DNA from: an uncultured Eubacteriales bacterium
Lineage (GTDB): Bacteria > Bacillota > Clostridia > TANB77 > CAG-508
DNA length: 64,000 nucleotides
Assembly (NCBI GenBank): GCA_949288175.1
Contig: CASEIV010000012.1
Coordinates: 15,616-79,615 of the forward strand
Direction: 5' to 3'
A program made the translations under genes and the position numbers. Below are positions 61,381 through 64,000 of this stretch, one piece after another. Every line of letters begins with the position of its first letter. Within the stretch, counting starts at the first letter, position 1. The notes beneath the pieces are model-generated. The model was not told where the DNA came from, did no database searches, and saw only the letters and a program-made list of their open reading frames with translations.

Positions 61381-61602
61381 TACAGTTCAGTGTAGAATGC
61401 TTGCATATTTATTTTTATAAATTCCTCGGCTCAATACAAATGACAAGAAATTCTAAAATAATTTTATGGCACCCTTTCACTTAGTCCTCGCTACGCTCGA
61501 CGCGAACATTTTCCATAAAATTATTTAAGAATTTCTAATCATTCTTCAATCACATTCGTCATTTATAAAAATAAATATGCAAGCATTCTATACTGAATTG
61601 TA
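61381..61602. repeat. Long palindromic intergenic element, subfamily B copy 2
   Basis: ~42-bp arms tacagttcagtgtagaatgcttgcatatttatttttataaat; core shared with 4080-4323. Confidence 0.9.
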
Positions 61603-61663
61603 TTAAGTATATAGTTATTTCTTGTTAGATAGATGAAAATATATATGTTTTATACGAGGAGAA

Positions 61664-62641
61664 ATGATGCGTTATATAAAAAAATTAAAAATAGGAAATG
61701 TAGAATTAGAAAATAATTTCATATTAGCACCTATGGCAGGTGTTACCAATAGACCATTTAGAATGATATGCAAAGAATATGGAGTAGGAATGGTTTGCAC
61801 AGAAATGGCAAGTGCAAGAGCAATGTTTCACAATGATTTAAAAACCAAGAGATTATTAAATACAGATGGGGAAAAAAGACCAATTAGTATGCAAATCTTT
61901 GGAAGTGATGAAGAATCAATGGCATATGCAGCAGAACATGTAAGTGAAATTGCAGATATTCTAGATATTAATATGGGCTGCCCTGCACCAAAAGTTGTAA
62001 AAAACGGTGATGGTAGTAAATTATTATTAGATTTAGAAAAAGCAGAAAGTATTTTGAAAACAGTGATAGCACATTCAAAAGTTCCAGTTACGTTAAAAAT
62101 TAGAAAAGGATGGGATAAAGAAAATATTGTAGCGGTAGAGATGGCAAAAATAGCAGAATCAGTTGGCATATCTGCAATAACTATTCATGGAAGAACAAGA
62201 AGTGAGTTTTATACAGGAAAAGCAGATTTAGATATTATAAAACAAGTAAAAGAAAGTGTTCATATTCCTGTCATTGGAAATGGAGATGTGGTAGATGGTG
62301 AAACAGCAAAAAGAATGTTTGAATATACTGGCGTAGATGGAATTATGATAGGAAGAGGAACTTTTGGAAGACCATGGATATTTAAAGAAATAATGGAATA
62401 TTTAGAAACTGGTAAAAAAATGGAGGAACCAACCAATCAAGAAAAATTAGAGATTATAGAAAAACATATAGACTTAGCAGTAGAAGAAAAAGGAGAGATA
62501 GCTGTTAAGGAACTTAGAAAACATATTGCATGGTATACGAAAAATCTGAAAAATTCAAGTGAATTTAGAAATTCTATTAATAAAATAGAAATAAAAGAGG
62601 AGTTAATCAATAAAATAGAAGAATATTTTAAAAGTCTCTAG
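61664..62641 (+). CDS. dusB: tRNA-dihydrouridine synthase B
   Basis: LAPMAGVT, DINMGCP, IHGRT, IGNGDV, MIGRG. Confidence 0.93.
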   Translation: MMRYIKKLKIGNVELENNFILAPMAGVTNRPFRMICKEYGVGMVCTEMASARAMFHNDLKTKRLLNTDGEKRPISMQIFGSDEESMAYAAEHVSEIADILDINMGCPAPKVVKNGDGSKLLLDLEKAESILKTVIAHSKVPVTLKIRKGWDKENIVAVEMAKIAESVGISAITIHGRTRSEFYTGKADLDIIKQVKESVHIPVIGNGDVVDGETAKRMFEYTGVDGIMIGRGTFGRPWIFKEIMEYLETGKKMEEPTNQEKLEIIEKHIDLAVEEKGEIAVKELRKHIAWYTKNLKNSSEFRNSINKIEIKEELINKIEEYFKSL

Positions 62642-62659
62642 AATAAGATGTAGCAAAGA

Positions 62660-62725
62660 TACAGTTCAGTGTCTAATTCCTCGGAAGTATATATATACCT
62701 TCGAGGAATTAGACACTGAACAGAA
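62660..62725. repeat. Minimal hairpin version of the palindromic element
   Basis: tacagttcagtgtctaattcctcg...cgaggaattagacactgaac; same left end as 61381. Confidence 0.8.
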
Positions 62726-62756
62726 ACTTGCTTGTATTTATTAGGAGGCTTTTTTT

Positions 62757-63365
62757 TTGAATAGAAATAACATATTAAAAAAAATCATCATCATAATGAG
62801 TATCATTGTCATTTTTTTTGCTATATTTTTTTATATAACTAAGAGTAAAAAAATAAAAATTGGAAATAATAGTAGTAGTCAAGAAATAATTGAAAATATT
62901 TTAAATATTAGTTCATATGAAACTGTTATAGAAGTAGAAGTCAATAGTAATAAAAATGTCAATAAATATATAATAAAACAAACCTACATAGCACCAGATA
63001 TGGCAGAACAAGAAATATTAGAACCTGAGAATATACGAGGCATAAAAATTATGAAAAAAGGGAATGAATTAAAGGTGGAAAATAGCAATTTAAATATATC
63101 AAAAATATATAACGATTATCCACACATGATAGATAATTGTATAGATTTAAACACCTTTATAGAAATATATAAACAAAATGGAAAACAAGAATATGAGGAA
63201 GAAGATAATGAAATTATATTAGAAACAGTGGATAAAGAAAACCCATATACAACATATAGAATATTATATATCAGTAAAGAAACAGGAAAACCTACTAAGA
63301 TGGAAATAAAAGATAATAGCAAAAAAACATTAAGTTACATATTATATAAAGAAGTAAAGTTTTAA
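62757..63365 (+). CDS. LolA-fold / GerS-like membrane-anchored protein
   Basis: N-terminal TM, SY...EV.V.SNKN.NKY pattern; typical position upstream of mazF in clostridia. Confidence 0.6.
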   Translation: MNRNNILKKIIIIMSIIVIFFAIFFYITKSKKIKIGNNSSSQEIIENILNISSYETVIEVEVNSNKNVNKYIIKQTYIAPDMAEQEILEPENIRGIKIMKKGNELKVENSNLNISKIYNDYPHMIDNCIDLNTFIEIYKQNGKQEYEEEDNEIILETVDKENPYTTYRILYISKETGKPTKMEIKDNSKKTLSYILYKEVKF

Positions 63366-63478
63366 TAAGAAAAGTATGCATATTAAATCAAAAATTTTTA
63401 TGCATAAATATTAATAAAAACTTTACATGACTAATATTTAAAATAAAACACATACTTGATAATATAACAATATCGGGA

Positions 63479-63838
63479 GTGAAAAAAATGGTAATAAAAA
63501 GAGGAGATATGTTTTATGCAGATTTAAGCCCAGTAGTAGGTTCTGAACAGGGAGGAATTAGACCTGTACTAATTATACAAAATGATTTGGGAAACAAATA
63601 TAGTCCTACAGTTATTGCAGCGGCTATTACTTCACAAACAGGAAAAAATAAATTACCAACACATATAGAAATTGATTCAGAAAGTTGCGGATTAAAAAAT
63701 AATTCAGTTGTTTTAACAGAACAAATACGAACAATAGACAAAAGCCGTTTAAAGGAAAAGATAGGTCATATAGATGATGAAAAAATCATTAATCAAGTAA
63801 ATAATGCGTTAGGAGTAAGCTTTGGGCTAGAAGAATAA
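63479..63838 (+). CDS. mazF: PemK/MazF endoribonuclease (NdoA-like)
   Basis: [33 protein letters not shown]...[10 protein letters not shown]. Confidence 0.93.
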   Translation: MKKMVIKRGDMFYADLSPVVGSEQGGIRPVLIIQNDLGNKYSPTVIAAAITSQTGKNKLPTHIEIDSESCGLKNNSVVLTEQIRTIDKSRLKEKIGHIDDEKIINQVNNALGVSFGLEE

Positions 63839-63867
63839 GAACTTTGTTGTCTCTGATAACAAGAAAA

Positions 63868-63910
63868 CCAGAAAAGAGGATTCCATTTTGTTTAAATCCT
63901 CTTTTCTGTT
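63868..63910 (+). terminator. Terminator after mazF
   Basis: cagaaaagaggatt...aatcctcttttctg. Confidence 0.75.
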
Positions 63911-64000
63911 ATAGTGAAAAATTAATTTTAATCTTTATTATATAAAAAGGTTTTATACTCTTAATTTTTTAATAACTTTAATTTCTTTGTATAAATTATC

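Noticed and set aside
978..63741. Many short antisense or overlapping ORFs in the six-frame track
   Set aside because: Shadows of strongly A-biased real genes (Ser/Phe/Ile-rich, no RBS, no motifs).

Overview
Very AT-rich chromosomal window from a spore-forming clostridial Firmicute (spo0A, spoIIID, yabG, veg, yunB, spoIVFB-like, smc, minDE-rodA, ribosomal protein genes, aspS with T-box). I found no rRNA, tRNA, CRISPR array, integrase or transposase. Main signal: three unrelated conserved genes (Fe/Mn SOD, SpoVB/MurJ-like flippase, TagO/WecA-like transferase) are each split by a +1 frameshift at an in-frame CGG codon. In each case skipping the C restores a Gly codon (GGN) and a full-length protein. 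By manual scan, in-frame CGG is absent from all other native genes here and occurs only twice in one small, GC-richer ORF. This suggests CGG acts as a +1 frameshift or quadruplet signal in this lineage; sequencing error is not excluded. Other notable items: eight long intergenic palindromic elements sharing terminal and/or loop motifs with covarying stems; a LysR-linked nucleotidyltransferase/mutase/degenerate enolase/pyrophosphatase operon resembling phpF-G-H; an unannotated type I toxin-antitoxin-like locus; a pilin-like CLec protein with a DGR-like variable region; a rubredoxin fused to the TagO-like enzyme; and integration scars at rpsI and hup. All calls come from reading the sequence and the ORF track; no database searches were run.
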